Positions 10,387-20,439 of a DNA stretch of 52,907 nt are shown piece after piece. The position numbers and the translations under genes are program-made. The stretch lies in the NCBI GenBank assembly GCA_030765405.1, contig JAVCCP010000081.1, forward strand, positions 1-52,907, written 5' to 3'. Below the pieces are notes generated by a model. The model had not been told where the DNA came from and made no database searches. It saw nothing but the letters and a program-made list of their open reading frames with translations. The DNA is from Candidatus Ancaeobacter aquaticus. GTDB lineage: Bacteria; Auribacterota; Ancaeobacteria; Ancaeobacterales; Ancaeobacteraceae. Positions within the stretch are counted from its first letter, which is position 1. Each line of letters opens with the position of its first letter.

Positions 10387-10410
10387 TGGAGGTGAGGGGA
10401 CTTGAACCCC
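10387..10410 (-). repeat. Duplicate of the tRNA-Ala 3' end (att-like direct repeat)
   Basis: tggaggtgaggggacttgaacccc is identical at 10387-10410 and 10595-10618; 28 bp if the preceding aaaa is included. Confidence 0.92.
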
Positions 10411-10489
10411 ATCCCCGTCGGCTCGTAATCTCGCCTCTTCAAAGGGGGTTCCACCCCCTATGACGGTCGCTTTGCTCCCTGTTACCCCC
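10387..10489 (-). ncRNA. Putative 103-nt tRNA-Ala-like / tmRNA-TLD-like structured RNA
   Basis: 5' GGGGGT can pair with 3' ACCTCC(A) with G3.U70; T-arm GGGG-TTCAAGT-CCCC; CCGTC/GACGG helix enclosing two hairpins; no anticodon arm. Confidence 0.35.
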
Positions 10490-10594
10490 TAAAGCATAAG
10501 GAGTGCTAACGCCCCCCTTATAATCCCCCCCGGTCAGGGGTATCAGATACATAAAACGTAGAGAGGGCTTGTTTGTTAAGAGGATTTAAGAAAA

Positions 10595-10667
10595 TGGAGG
10601 TGAGGGGACTTGAACCCCTGACCCACAGACTGCCAGTCTGTTGCTCTCCCAACTGAGCTACACCCCC
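10595..10667 (-). tRNA. tRNA-Ala (GGC)
   Basis: Minus strand GGGGGTGTAGCTCAGTTGGGAGAGCAACAGACTGGCAGTCTGTGGGTCAGGGGTTCAAGTCCCCTCACCTCCA; anticodon GGC and G3.U70 identity pair. Confidence 0.97.
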
Positions 10668-10680
10668 AATATCAGCTATA

Positions 10681-10704
10681 AAGCTGTAAGTTGTAAGCTT
10701 TAAG
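10681..10704. repeat. 24-bp heptamer-built direct repeat, copy 2
   Basis: Identical to 10331-10354; the two copies bracket the tRNA-Ala locus. Confidence 0.9.
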
Positions 10705-10897
10705 CAAAACAAAAAAAGATACAAACTACAAGTTACGATTTTTGAATAGTGTAAATATAACATATTATGATCGTGCGTCAAAATAAAAAGAATGGCTAAA
10801 AAATGATCGGAAATAAATATTGAAATCAAATTATTTGCAGGTATAATAATATTTCCGGTTAATAAATAACAGTGATGTAGATAAAAAGGAGGGGTAC

Positions 10898-11221
10898 ATG
10901 AGTAAAATGATTGAAGCAACCAATGAAATTTTTGAACAAGAAGTGATGAAAAATGAAGGAGTAGTGTTAGTTGACTTTTCAGCCGAGTGGTGCGGTCCAT
11001 GTAAAAAACTTTTGCCGACTCTTGAAGAAATCTCAGATGAAATGGCAGACAAAATTAAAGTTGTGCATGTTGATGTTGATAAGTGCAGTGATGTTGCCGG
11101 TAAATTTGGCATTCTCAGTGTTCCAACTTTGATTATCTTTAAAAATGGTGAAAGAGTTGATGAAAGCATAGGTCTTGTAGCGAAAGAAAGCCTTATAGAA
11201 AAGATTGATGCTCAGCTGTAA
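10898..11221 (+). CDS. trxA: Thioredoxin
   Basis: VDFSAEWCGPCK active site; RBS aaggagg. Confidence 0.97.
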   Translation: MSKMIEATNEIFEQEVMKNEGVVLVDFSAEWCGPCKKLLPTLEEISDEMADKIKVVHVDVDKCSDVAGKFGILSVPTLIIFKNGERVDESIGLVAKESLIEKIDAQL

Positions 11222-11245
11222 TAAGTAATAAATTGAAGGAAAATC

Positions 11246-12175
11246 ATGACTACAAGTAATGATAAATATGATGTCGTTATAGTCGGCGGTGGCCCAGGCG
11301 GCCTTTCTGCCGGAATATATGGTGCCCGTGGAAGGTATAAAACACTTCTTCTCGAAAAAGATGTTCCGGGAGGGCAGCTTCTGCTTACCAATGAAGTCGA
11401 GAATTATCCTGGCTTTGAAGAGATGGTTGCGGGTCCAGACCTGATGAAAGCGATGGAAAATCAGGCAGTGAAACAAGGTCTTGAAATTAGACGTGAAGAA
11501 GTGAAAGAAATTGTGTTTAATGAAGGCGCCAACATTATAAAAACAAATAAAGCTGAGTACTGTTCAAAAACCGTTATTGTTGCGACTGGTTCTATTCCTC
11601 GTAAACTAGGTGTTCCCGGAGAAGATGCCCTGAGAGGTAAAGGTGTATCGTATTGTGCTACCTGTGACGGTGCTTTCTTTAGAAATAAAGTTCTTGCTGT
11701 AGTAGGAGGCGGAGATTCTGCTGTTGAAGAGGCCCTTTATTTAACTCGTTTTGCAAGTAAAGTATATATTATTCATAGAAGGGATGAATTGAGGGCGGCA
11801 AAGACCTCACAGCAAAGAGTATTTAAAAACGAAAAAATCGAAATGGTTTGGGATTCAGTTGTTGAAGAAATTGTTGGAGATAAGCTTGTTTCGAATGCAA
11901 TTGTAAAAAATGTCAGATCAGGCCAAACAAATTCACTTGATATTAATGGTGTTTTTATTTATGTGGGTACTATTCCTGTAACAGATTTTCTGAAATCGTA
12001 TGACATTTTCGATAAAGATGGACATATTGTAACCGATATATTTATGGAAACAAAATATAAAGGTGTGTTTGGTGTCGGTGATGTACGAGCAGATTCAGCG
12101 AGGCAGGTTGCTTCAGCTGTTGGGGATGGAGTCACGGCACTCCTAAAAGCAGCAAATAGATTGATTGAGTTATAA
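11246..12175 (+). CDS. trxB: Thioredoxin-disulfide reductase
   Basis: GGGPGG FAD motif, SYCATCDG, GGGDSAVEEA, IHRRDELRA. Confidence 0.97.
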   Translation: MTTSNDKYDVVIVGGGPGGLSAGIYGARGRYKTLLLEKDVPGGQLLLTNEVENYPGFEEMVAGPDLMKAMENQAVKQGLEIRREEVKEIVFNEGANIIKTNKAEYCSKTVIVATGSIPRKLGVPGEDALRGKGVSYCATCDGAFFRNKVLAVVGGGDSAVEEALYLTRFASKVYIIHRRDELRAAKTSQQRVFKNEKIEMVWDSVVEEIVGDKLVSNAIVKNVRSGQTNSLDINGVFIYVGTIPVTDFLKSYDIFDKDGHIVTDIFMETKYKGVFGVGDVRADSARQVASAVGDGVTALLKAANRLIEL

Positions 12176-13713
12176 TGAAAATTAAGAAACCGCTGGTATT
12201 GATTATACGTGATGGCTGGGGTGTTCGCGAAGCTTCTGAAGGAAATGCTACTCAAAGTGCCGATACACCTGTTCTAGACACATTACTTTCACAATATCCT
12301 TCCACAACATTAGATGCATCGGGTGGCCCCGTAGGCTTGCCTGATGGACAGATGGGCAACTCTGAAGTTGGCCATTTAAATATCGGTGCCGGAAGAAGAG
12401 TATATCAGGATTTTACCCGTGTTACCAAATCTATCCATGACGGTGATTTTTTTGACAATGAAGTTCTCATAAGTGCTTTTGGGCATGCAAAAAAGAACAA
12501 TTCTTCGGTGCATCTTGCAGGCCTAATTTCTGATGGTGGTGTTCACAGTCACTTGGAGCATGTGTATGGGTTGCTCAGATTAGCTAACAAAATCGGAGTA
12601 AAAAATGTGTACGTACATGCTTTTCTCGACGGAAGAGATACGTCACCGACCGCCGGGATAAAATATATAGCCGAGCTTGAAAAGAAGATGGCGGAGTATA
12701 CTGTTGGAAAAATTGCAACGATTACCGGGCGTTATTATGCTATGGATAGAGATAACCGTTGGGAACGTGTTGAAAGAGCTTACAGAGCGCTTGTATTTAG
12801 TGCGGGAGCGAAGAGTAATAGCGCAACGGAAGCTATTGCCGCCTCGTACGAAAAAGATGTCACTGACGAATTTGTAGAACCAATTATTCTGACCAATACC
12901 GAAGGGGCCCCTATTGCTTCCATCAACTCCGATGACTCAGTCATATTCTTTAATTTTAGGTCTGATAGAGCACGCGAAATTACAAGAACTTTCATCGATA
13001 GAGATTTTAATGAATTCCAGAGGAAAGAAAATCTTTTTCCTTATTATGTATGTTTAACAGAATATGATGCAGCGTTTAATGTGCCTGTAGCGTTTCCAAC
13101 ACTTTTTTTGAACAATATTTTTAGCGAAGTGATAAGTGCTGCCGGTTTAAAACAGCTTCGTATCGCTGAAACGGAAAAATATGCACATGTCACATTCTTT
13201 TTTAATGGCGGTATAGAAGAACCATTTCAGGGAGAAGATAGGTGTCTTATTCCATCTCCTAAAATTGCGACCTACGATTTAGAGCCTCAGATGAGCGCAT
13301 ATATAGTTACTGAAGAGCTTTTAAAGAGGATTGAATCACATACGTATGACGTTATCATTGTAAACTATGCAAATCCAGATATGGTTGGCCATACCGGGAA
13401 AATGGATGCAGTAACAAAAGCGCTTGAAGTTGTTGATGAATGTGTTGGAAGGGTAATTGAAGCTGTTAAAGCAAAGGGCGGAAGAGCTATTGTTACAGCT
13501 GATCATGGTAATTCTGATATGATGGTCGATCAAGTTACCGGGGAACCATTTACTGCACACACTACAAGTCCGGTGCATTTTATTCTCGTTGACGATGATA
13601 TGAAAAGTGTCAAACTGCAACAAGGAAGTTTGGCTGATGTGGCTCCGACCATGCTTACACTACTCGATATTTCTATTCCGGAAGACATGACGGGTAAAAA
13701 TTTGATTTCTTAA
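12175..13713 (+). CDS. gpmI: 2,3-bisphosphoglycerate-independent phosphoglycerate mutase
   Basis: IIRDGWG, GQMGNSEVGHLNIGAGR, AETEKYAHVTFFFNGG, NPDMVGHTG, TADHGN; start overlaps the trxB stop (TAATG). Confidence 0.97.
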   Translation: MKIKKPLVLIIRDGWGVREASEGNATQSADTPVLDTLLSQYPSTTLDASGGPVGLPDGQMGNSEVGHLNIGAGRRVYQDFTRVTKSIHDGDFFDNEVLISAFGHAKKNNSSVHLAGLISDGGVHSHLEHVYGLLRLANKIGVKNVYVHAFLDGRDTSPTAGIKYIAELEKKMAEYTVGKIATITGRYYAMDRDNRWERVERAYRALVFSAGAKSNSATEAIAASYEKDVTDEFVEPIILTNTEGAPIASINSDDSVIFFNFRSDRAREITRTFIDRDFNEFQRKENLFPYYVCLTEYDAAFNVPVAFPTLFLNNIFSEVISAAGLKQLRIAETEKYAHVTFFFNGGIEEPFQGEDRCLIPSPKIATYDLEPQMSAYIVTEELLKRIESHTYDVIIVNYANPDMVGHTGKMDAVTKALEVVDECVGRVIEAVKAKGGRAIVTADHGNSDMMVDQVTGEPFTAHTTSPVHFILVDDDMKSVKLQQGSLADVAPTMLTLLDISIPEDMTGKNLIS

Positions 13714-13821
13714 TTGTTACCACTCTTTCCTATGATATAGCCATAAATTAGTAATAGAAAAAAATTGTAAAAGACGATATAATATTAGTTTAACTTTATT
13801 AGTAATCCAACTTTTGCGGAT

Positions 13822-14991
13822 ATGAAAAAACAAACATTTCTCGATAAATTTATAGAACGTTTCGACAAAATCGATAGAAACGAGCTTTTAACTGCGATGC
13901 GTGATCTTTCGCGGGAGAATACCTTTCTTGGTAACATTTTAAACAGTCTTAATGACGGCATTATAGTCCTGGATAAAGAGAGGTGTATACAATTCATTAA
14001 TCCGACAGCAAGAGAGTTTGTTGGGGTAAATGAAAAAGATGCTACTGTTGGTAAGGTCATCGATAACTTTATCGTTGATGATGTTTTAAAGGAATTTATT
14101 ATCCCTCAAGATGTATTGAGTTCACAAACTATTAATAGAGATCTTGAAATATCGTTTCCTCGTAAGCTTATATTGGGGATAAGCATTATCCCTCTTATGG
14201 ATGAGAGTGAAGGCGTATCGGGAAGCGCAATCATAATACGGGATTTAACTGACAAGAGAAGGCTAGAAGGAAGGATGCTACAGTCTGAGAAATTGGGCGC
14301 TTTGTCAGTACTAGCGGCTGGACTTGCTCATGAAGTGGGGAATCCATTGAATTCATTGGATATCCATGTACAGCTTATCCAGCGTGAAGTAAGAAAATTA
14401 AGAATAGAAAGTAAAAAGAAGATAGTAGATTTAGTTAAGGTTGTTTCAGATGAAATACTCCGGCTCGATACTATTGTTCGTAATTATATTCATGCTATCC
14501 GACCATTAAAGCCGAATTATAAAGAAAACGATATTAATGAAATTATCTCTTCAACAGTTACGTTGCTTTCACCTGAGATGTTTCAATTGAATATAGTTGT
14601 AGAGCAGAATTTGTCCAAAAAGATACCCAAAACGATATCGGATAAAGGTCAGTTGAAACAGGCATTTGTAAATATTATAAAGAATGCCGTGCAAGCAATG
14701 CGTTCTGGCGGCATATTAAGAATATCTACCTATTTTGAGAGAGAAACTATTAGAATTACGGTTGAAGATAGGGGTTGCGGTATATCTCCAGAATATATAT
14801 CACGTATTTTTGACCCGCATTTTACCACGAGAAGTGACGGTCTCGGATTAGGACTAATGATGACACACAGAATTATTAAAGAACATGGCGGGGATATAGA
14901 GGTAAAAAGTCAGATTGATTTTGGTACCGTAATTACGGTATTATTACCACTTAGAACAATTACGCCTAAAATGTTACCTGAAAAAGAATAG
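13822..14991 (+). CDS. PAS-domain sensor histidine kinase (NtrB/AtoS-like)
   Basis: LAHEVGNPLN H-box, NIIKNAVQAM N-box, FTTRSDGLGLGL G-boxes; PAS-like region. Confidence 0.92.
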   Translation: MKKQTFLDKFIERFDKIDRNELLTAMRDLSRENTFLGNILNSLNDGIIVLDKERCIQFINPTAREFVGVNEKDATVGKVIDNFIVDDVLKEFIIPQDVLSSQTINRDLEISFPRKLILGISIIPLMDESEGVSGSAIIIRDLTDKRRLEGRMLQSEKLGALSVLAAGLAHEVGNPLNSLDIHVQLIQREVRKLRIESKKKIVDLVKVVSDEILRLDTIVRNYIHAIRPLKPNYKENDINEIISSTVTLLSPEMFQLNIVVEQNLSKKIPKTISDKGQLKQAFVNIIKNAVQAMRSGGILRISTYFERETIRITVEDRGCGISPEYISRIFDPHFTTRSDGLGLGLMMTHRIIKEHGGDIEVKSQIDFGTVITVLLPLRTITPKMLPEKE

Positions 14992-15014
14992 CGGTATAAG
15001 GAGAGTATCTCATA

Positions 15015-16364
15015 GTGAAGCCAAAGATATTGATCGTTGACGATGAATTAAATACACGTATTGGACTGCGTACAGCACTGGAAGGAAATGAGTATGAACT
15101 TTTTCTTGCTGATAAAGCTGATAATGCATTAAAGATTCTAGAGGAAAACGATATAGATGTAATGATAACTGATCTTTTCATGCCGGGGAAAAGTGGACTT
15201 GAGCTGTTAGAAGAAACAAAAAACATATCTCCGTCTACTCAGTGTATTATGATTACCGCATATGGATCGGTGGAAACCGCTGTTGATGCAATGAAATCAG
15301 GCGCATATGATTATCTTACCAAGCCGCTTAACATCGATAGAGTAGAGCTTTTGGTGAAAAGAGCATTATCTTCAAAACAGTTATCTGTAGAGAACATACA
15401 ATTAAAAGAAATGCTGGACAAGAAATATGGATTACATGATATTATTGGTAGTTCAAAGGAAATGGCACAGGTCTTTGAATTAGTTAATCAGGTCGCAAAT
15501 TCAAAAGCAACGGTATTAATTACGGGTGAAAGCGGGACAGGAAAAGAACTTATTGCAAAAGCCATTCATATGGCTAGCGATATACATAAAAAACCTTTTA
15601 TCGCGGTACATTGTGCGGCTCTTGCAGAAGGGATACTTGAAAGTGAGCTTTTCGGACATGAAAAAGGATCTTTCACGGGTGCTATTGATCGTAAGATGGG
15701 ACGGTTTGAACTCGCTGACGGAGGAACGTTGTTTCTTGATGAAGTAAGTGAAATGCGTCCTTCTACACAGGTAAAGCTATTGCGTGTTATACAGGAAAAA
15801 GAGATCGACCGAGTCGGTGGAACAAAAACAATAAAGGTTAATGTAAGAATCATTGCTGCAACAAATAAAGATTTGTTTACGCAGGTTAAAGAGGGAAAGT
15901 TTCGTGAAGATCTGTTCTATCGATTAAATGTTGTTCATATCAATATTCCGCCACTCAGGAAAAGAAAAGATGATATCCCTCTTTTAGTTGACCATTTCAT
16001 AAAACAAAGCAGTCTTGAGAATAAAAAAGTGATTGAAGGTGTTAGTTCAGAAGTAATGAAACTTTTTGTGAAATATTCTTGGCCGGGAAATGTTAGAGAA
16101 ATACAGAATTGTATTGAGACAATGGTTGTTTTATCCAGAAGTAATGTCCTTGAAGTTAAAGATATTCCGATTAATGTTGTAAATGCGATGGAGCAGGTAT
16201 CAGTTACGCAATCAAGCGTTCCAATAAATCTTAATGAAGCAGAAAAAGAGCTTATCAAAAAAGCGCTTGTTCAATCACAGGGGAACAAGACTAAAGCTGC
16301 TGGACTTTTAGGTTTAAGTCGTAGAACCCTTCACCGAAAAATCAATGAGTTCGATTTAAAATAG
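15015..16364 (+). CDS. sigma54-dependent response regulator (NtrC/AtoC family)
   Basis: REC domain, GESGTGKE, ELFGHEKGSFTGA, LFLDEV, WPGNVRE, Fis-type HTH (GNKTKAAGLLGLSRRTL). Confidence 0.95.
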   Translation: MKPKILIVDDELNTRIGLRTALEGNEYELFLADKADNALKILEENDIDVMITDLFMPGKSGLELLEETKNISPSTQCIMITAYGSVETAVDAMKSGAYDYLTKPLNIDRVELLVKRALSSKQLSVENIQLKEMLDKKYGLHDIIGSSKEMAQVFELVNQVANSKATVLITGESGTGKELIAKAIHMASDIHKKPFIAVHCAALAEGILESELFGHEKGSFTGAIDRKMGRFELADGGTLFLDEVSEMRPSTQVKLLRVIQEKEIDRVGGTKTIKVNVRIIAATNKDLFTQVKEGKFREDLFYRLNVVHINIPPLRKRKDDIPLLVDHFIKQSSLENKKVIEGVSSEVMKLFVKYSWPGNVREIQNCIETMVVLSRSNVLEVKDIPINVVNAMEQVSVTQSSVPINLNEAEKELIKKALVQSQGNKTKAAGLLGLSRRTLHRKINEFDLK

Positions 16365-16484
16365 AATTTGCGAACTCATATCATATCTATATTTTTCATG
16401 TATCATTTTAAGAGATTGTGTCAATCGAACAGTATGAGTTATTATGGCACTCTTTTTCATGGTAATCTTACTAAAAAAGTACAA

Positions 16485-16587
16485 CTATAAGCTTTAAGCT
16501 GTAAGTTATAAGATAAATGACATATGCTTTAAGAAAGATAGCTGTAATTTTACCGCTTATAGCTTAAAGCTTACAGCATATAGCTTA
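16485..16587. repeat. Imperfect inverted repeat built from heptamers, upstream of clpB
   Basis: Left arm ctataag-ctttaag-ctgtaag-ttataag; right arm cttatag-cttaaag-cttacag-catatag, whose first three units are reverse complements of left-arm units. Confidence 0.75.
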
Positions 16588-16608
16588 TATGGAAAGGTGG
16601 TGATTAAT

Positions 16609-19203
16609 ATGCAATTAGATAAATGTACAATTAAATTACAAGAGGCAATTGTAGCGGCACAAAATTGTGCTCAAAAATATAACAATCAAAATATTGAGCC
16701 GGAACATATTCTTTTATCTCTTATAGAACAGTCTGATGGTATTGCAAGACCGATCTTTGACGCTTTCGGTATTAATCCACAGGTGATTATAGGTAAGGCA
16801 GAAGCTGAAATTGAGCGTATACCAAAAGTATATGGGGTAAACACCGGACAGATATATTTTTCCAAAAAAACAGCTACTCTTTTTCAAAAAGCAGAAAAGG
16901 AAGCAGAGACATTAAAGGATGAATATATCAGTGTTGAGCATGTTTTGTTGGCTTTAACTGAATTAAATAGTGTTCCGTCAGGAGAAATTTTAAAAAGTCT
17001 TGGAGTAACACATGATTCATTATTGAAAGTACTTGAGAAAATACGTGGAGCTCAACGTGTGACAGATCAAAATCCTGAGGATAAATATCAAGCATTAACG
17101 AAATATGGTCGTGATCTTACCGATCTGGCTCGTAAGGAAAAGCTTGATCCAGTTATAGGAAGAGATCGTGAAATCAGACGTGTAATACAGGTCTTATCTC
17201 GAAGAACAAAAAATAATCCTGTTTTAATTGGTGATCCCGGAGTAGGAAAAACAGCGATTGTTGAAGGTATTGCGCAAAGAATCATCTCAGGAGATGTACC
17301 TGACAGTTTGAAAAACAAAAGGCTTATAGCCCTTGATATGGGATCTCTTCTCGCTGGCGCTAAATTTAGAGGTGAATTTGAAGATAGATTAAAAGCAGTA
17401 TTAAAAGAAATTGAAAAAGCTGCAGGGACTGTCATACTTTTTATTGATGAACTGCATACCATAGTAGGCGCGGGGGCGGCGGAAGGTGCCGTTGACGCAG
17501 CGAATATTTTAAAGCCGCAGCTTGCTCGTGGTGAGTTGCGATGCATCGGAGCAACGACACTTGATGAATATCGCAAGTATATTGAAAAAGATGCGGCTCT
17601 GGAAAGACGGTTTCAGCAAGTGTTTATTGGTGAGCCGACACTTGAGGATACGATAGCAATTTTGCGCGGCCTGAAAGAAAAATATGAAGTGCACCACGGA
17701 GTGAAAATTACTGATTCTGCAATTGTTTCTGCGGCGACACTTTCGTCGCGTTATATAACGGAGCGTTTTTTGCCTGATAAGGCAATAGATCTGATAGATG
17801 AAGCAGCATCACGATTGAGAATTGAGATTGATAGTATGCCCGTTGAACTTGATGAAGTATGCAGGCGAATAATGCAGCTTGAGATTGAACGTGAAGCACT
17901 CAAAAAAGAAAAAGATGATGCGAGTAAAGAAAGAGTCAAATCTGTAACAAAAATGATTGCTGATTTAAAGGATAAAGAAAAATCAATGCGTGCGCATTGG
18001 GAAAACGAGAAAACGGTTATTGGCGATATTAGAAATATTAAAGAAGATATTGAAAAAGGTAAAGCTGATGAAGTAAAAGCAGAGCGTGAAGGTGACCTTG
18101 CGCGTGTTGCAGAATTACGGTATGGAACAATCGTTGAGCTACAAAATAAATTGTCTGATACTGAAAAGAAATTAAAAAGACTGCAAAAAGATACAAAAAT
18201 GCTAAAGGAAGAAGTTGATGCAGATGATATAGCAGAGATTATTTCGAGTTGGACAGGGATTCCCGTATCAAATTTGCTTGAAAGCGAAAGAGAAAAGCTT
18301 GTACATATGGAAGAACGTATTGAAAAGCGTGTTATCGGACAGGATGAAGCGGTAAACATTATTTCTAATACAATACGTCGTTCACGTGCAGGGCTGCAAG
18401 ATGTCAAACGACCTCTGGGCTCATTTATTTTTCTTGGGCCAACAGGTGTTGGTAAAACCGAACTTGCTAAATCTTTAGCAGAATTTTTGTTTGACGATGA
18501 AAATGCGCTTGTACGAATTGATATGTCAGAATACATGGAAAGACATTCCGTATCACGCCTCATTGGGGCGCCTCCAGGATATGTAGGGTATGATGAGGGC
18601 GGGCAACTGACAGAAAAGGTGCGCAGGAGGCCTTATGCGGTGATTCTTTTCGATGAAATAGAAAAAGCGCATCAAGACGTCTTTAATGTGATGCTTCAAA
18701 TTCTCGATGAAGGAAGACTTACAGATGGACAAGGCAGAACAGTTGATTTTAGAAATTCTGTACTGATCATGACCTCAAATATAGGGAGTGAGTACATAAT
18801 AGAATATAGTGAAAAGGAATATGAATCGATGCATGAAAAGGTGATGGAATCTATGAAGTTACATTTTCGTCCGGAATTCTTGAATCGTATAGATGAAATG
18901 ATCATATTTCATAAATTAAGCAGGAAAACCATAAGGAAAATTGTTGAAAAAGAGCTACGTATTTTTAGTGATCGATTGAAAGAGCAGAATATTTCTCTCA
19001 AAATTGATGAAAATGCGGAGAATTATCTCGCTCTACATGGCTATGATCCACATTATGGCGCTCGACCACTCAAAAGACTCATTCAAAGATCTATCGTTGA
19101 TCCATTAGCGATGGGGATACTTGACGGCCATTATATTAAAGGGGATACCGTCTCGGTAAATATATCTCCAAAATCTGATGAGATTCAGATAAAGAAGGGG
19201 TAA
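16609..19203 (+). CDS. clpB: ATP-dependent chaperone ClpB
   Basis: Two AAA modules ([16 protein letters not shown]), coiled-coil M domain, [12 protein letters not shown] 16609 is preferred over GTG 16597 because of the RBS aaggtggtga. Confidence 0.97.
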   Translation: MQLDKCTIKLQEAIVAAQNCAQKYNNQNIEPEHILLSLIEQSDGIARPIFDAFGINPQVIIGKAEAEIERIPKVYGVNTGQIYFSKKTATLFQKAEKEAETLKDEYISVEHVLLALTELNSVPSGEILKSLGVTHDSLLKVLEKIRGAQRVTDQNPEDKYQALTKYGRDLTDLARKEKLDPVIGRDREIRRVIQVLSRRTKNNPVLIGDPGVGKTAIVEGIAQRIISGDVPDSLKNKRLIALDMGSLLAGAKFRGEFEDRLKAVLKEIEKAAGTVILFIDELHTIVGAGAAEGAVDAANILKPQLARGELRCIGATTLDEYRKYIEKDAALERRFQQVFIGEPTLEDTIAILRGLKEKYEVHHGVKITDSAIVSAATLSSRYITERFLPDKAIDLIDEAASRLRIEIDSMPVELDEVCRRIMQLEIEREALKKEKDDASKERVKSVTKMIADLKDKEKSMRAHWENEKTVIGDIRNIKEDIEKGKADEVKAEREGDLARVAELRYGTIVELQNKLSDTEKKLKRLQKDTKMLKEEVDADDIAEIISSWTGIPVSNLLESEREKLVHMEERIEKRVIGQDEAVNIISNTIRRSRAGLQDVKRPLGSFIFLGPTGVGKTELAKSLAEFLFDDENALVRIDMSEYMERHSVSRLIGAPPGYVGYDEGGQLTEKVRRRPYAVILFDEIEKAHQDVFNVMLQILDEGRLTDGQGRTVDFRNSVLIMTSNIGSEYIIEYSEKEYESMHEKVMESMKLHFRPEFLNRIDEMIIFHKLSRKTIRKIVEKELRIFSDRLKEQNISLKIDENAENYLALHGYDPHYGARPLKRLIQRSIVDPLAMGILDGHYIKGDTVSVNISPKSDEIQIKKG

Positions 19204-19427
19204 AATAGCCTCTATAATAACCGATTAAACACGCGGCAAATACGCAGGAAAACGAAACGGGTACGAACAGAAGGAGATAAAGGGAGTCTATACAGATCAT
19301 TTTCCTATCTCCTTAATACATAGTATATTACATCATTACTTGTTATACAACAACTATTTAGGACTGTCTGGTTGTTCCCCGATGTTTCCCGTTGTTTTGG
19401 TGTTGCGTGGGCACACTTTGGGCACAC

Positions 19428-19459
19428 AAAAGGCCTCGATATTTCTACCAAGGCCCTTT
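19428..19459 (-). terminator. Intrinsic terminator for the PEP-CTERM gene
   Basis: Minus strand GGCCTTGG-loop-TCGAGGCC followed by TTTT, just past the stop at 19488. Confidence 0.6.
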
Positions 19460-19487
19460 ATATATCTTTTTATCTTCTGCTTACAGC

Positions 19488-20225
19488 TTACGCCTTACGG
19501 CTTATAGCTCTTCTTCTCATCCACCCGACAATCAATCCAAAAAGCCCTATCCCAAATAGGGCGTATGTTGACGGTTCAGGAACACCTGTGATATTAATAT
19601 CATCTATCTGGGTCACTCCACCATTAGTATTTATAGCAAAACCAAGGTCTATAAAATTATTAACATCGTTAGCAAATTGGCATGCTACTACGCCTGTGCC
19701 TGCATTTGCACCATATGTATCACCATTAAAATCAACATTAGTTATAGTAATAGTATAAGCTGTACTAACACTTACAGTTCTTATTTGATTATTACTGACA
19801 AAATCACGTATTTCCAGGGTTCCACCATCATCATAAAAACCAAGTCTTATAGCTTTACCATCACCATCAGACCAAATCGTAAATTCACCGGCAGCTGCAT
19901 CAGTAGATGGTGCAGTCTCAAGCCTAAGAACAAAAGTAAAAGTTGTAATGTCATTCAGCGCTTGGCTGAATTTCCTATAAATAACACTATCATCACCACT
20001 AGCAAACTGTCCGTATTGCTGACCTGTTTCATCCACGCAATCCCAAGAGGCATTCCCGCCCATTCCATTTTGCCAAGCACCATTCCAATTCGAACCTCCG
20101 CCGCTTTGAACAATTAAATCACCTGTGTCATAATCCTCAAAATCATCTGTAATAGTCACTCCATAAACAACCGAACTAACGCTAAAAGCAATAAATACGC
20201 ATAGCACAAAAATGATCTTTTTCAT
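19488..20225 (-). CDS. PEP-CTERM sorting domain-containing surface protein
   Basis: Signal peptide MKKIIFVLCVFIAFSVSSVVYG; C-terminal VPEPSTYALFGIGLFGLIVGWMRRR (PEP motif, TM, Arg cluster); RBS aaggag. Confidence 0.93.
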   Translation of the reverse strand: MKKIIFVLCVFIAFSVSSVVYGVTITDDFEDYDTGDLIVQSGGGSNWNGAWQNGMGGNASWDCVDETGQQYGQFASGDDSVIYRKFSQALNDITTFTFVLRLETAPSTDAAAGEFTIWSDGDGKAIRLGFYDDGGTLEIRDFVSNNQIRTVSVSTAYTITITNVDFNGDTYGANAGTGVVACQFANDVNNFIDLGFAINTNGGVTQIDDINITGVPEPSTYALFGIGLFGLIVGWMRRRAISRKA

Positions 20226-20439
20226 TTAATCTCCTTTTAATTATTAAAGGATTTTAATTTTATGAAACCAGATTACTGCAGATACCTATTTTTGTCAATA
20301 AAAACTGGGTGAACAAGTAATTGCAGATATAACACATGAAAATTAATGCAAAAAGGGCCTATTTTGGGCACACATTCATTTTGATAATTTATGTGCAGTT
20401 GTAACTTATTGCAATAGAATGGCTTATTAGTAGAGAAAA

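Noticed and set aside
10501..10509. GAGTGCTAA, half of a CIRCE operator
   Set aside because: The partner half-site 9 nt away is absent and no chaperone gene follows.
10326..10737. Repeats around tRNA-Ala as a mini CRISPR array
   Set aside because: Only two copies, 350 bp apart, no regular spacers and no cas genes in the window.
10518..11000. 160-aa minus-strand ORF
   Set aside because: Antisense to trxA and runs through tRNA-Ala; no recognisable motifs.
15660..15690. GSFTGA in place of GAFTGA in the sigma54 activator
   Set aside because: A common tolerated variant; not evidence of sigma54 independence.
16444..16470. tggcactc upstream of clpB as CIRCE or sigma54 -24 box
   Set aside because: The right CIRCE half matches poorly and the -12 position reads TC, not GC.
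19408..19424. GG-N10-GC spacing resembling a sigma54 promoter
   Set aside because: The -12 element is GGGC, not TTGC, and it would fire antisense into the PEP-CTERM gene; better explained by the tandem repeat.
19372..19758. 128-aa plus-strand ORF
   Set aside because: Mostly the antisense shadow of the PEP-CTERM gene.
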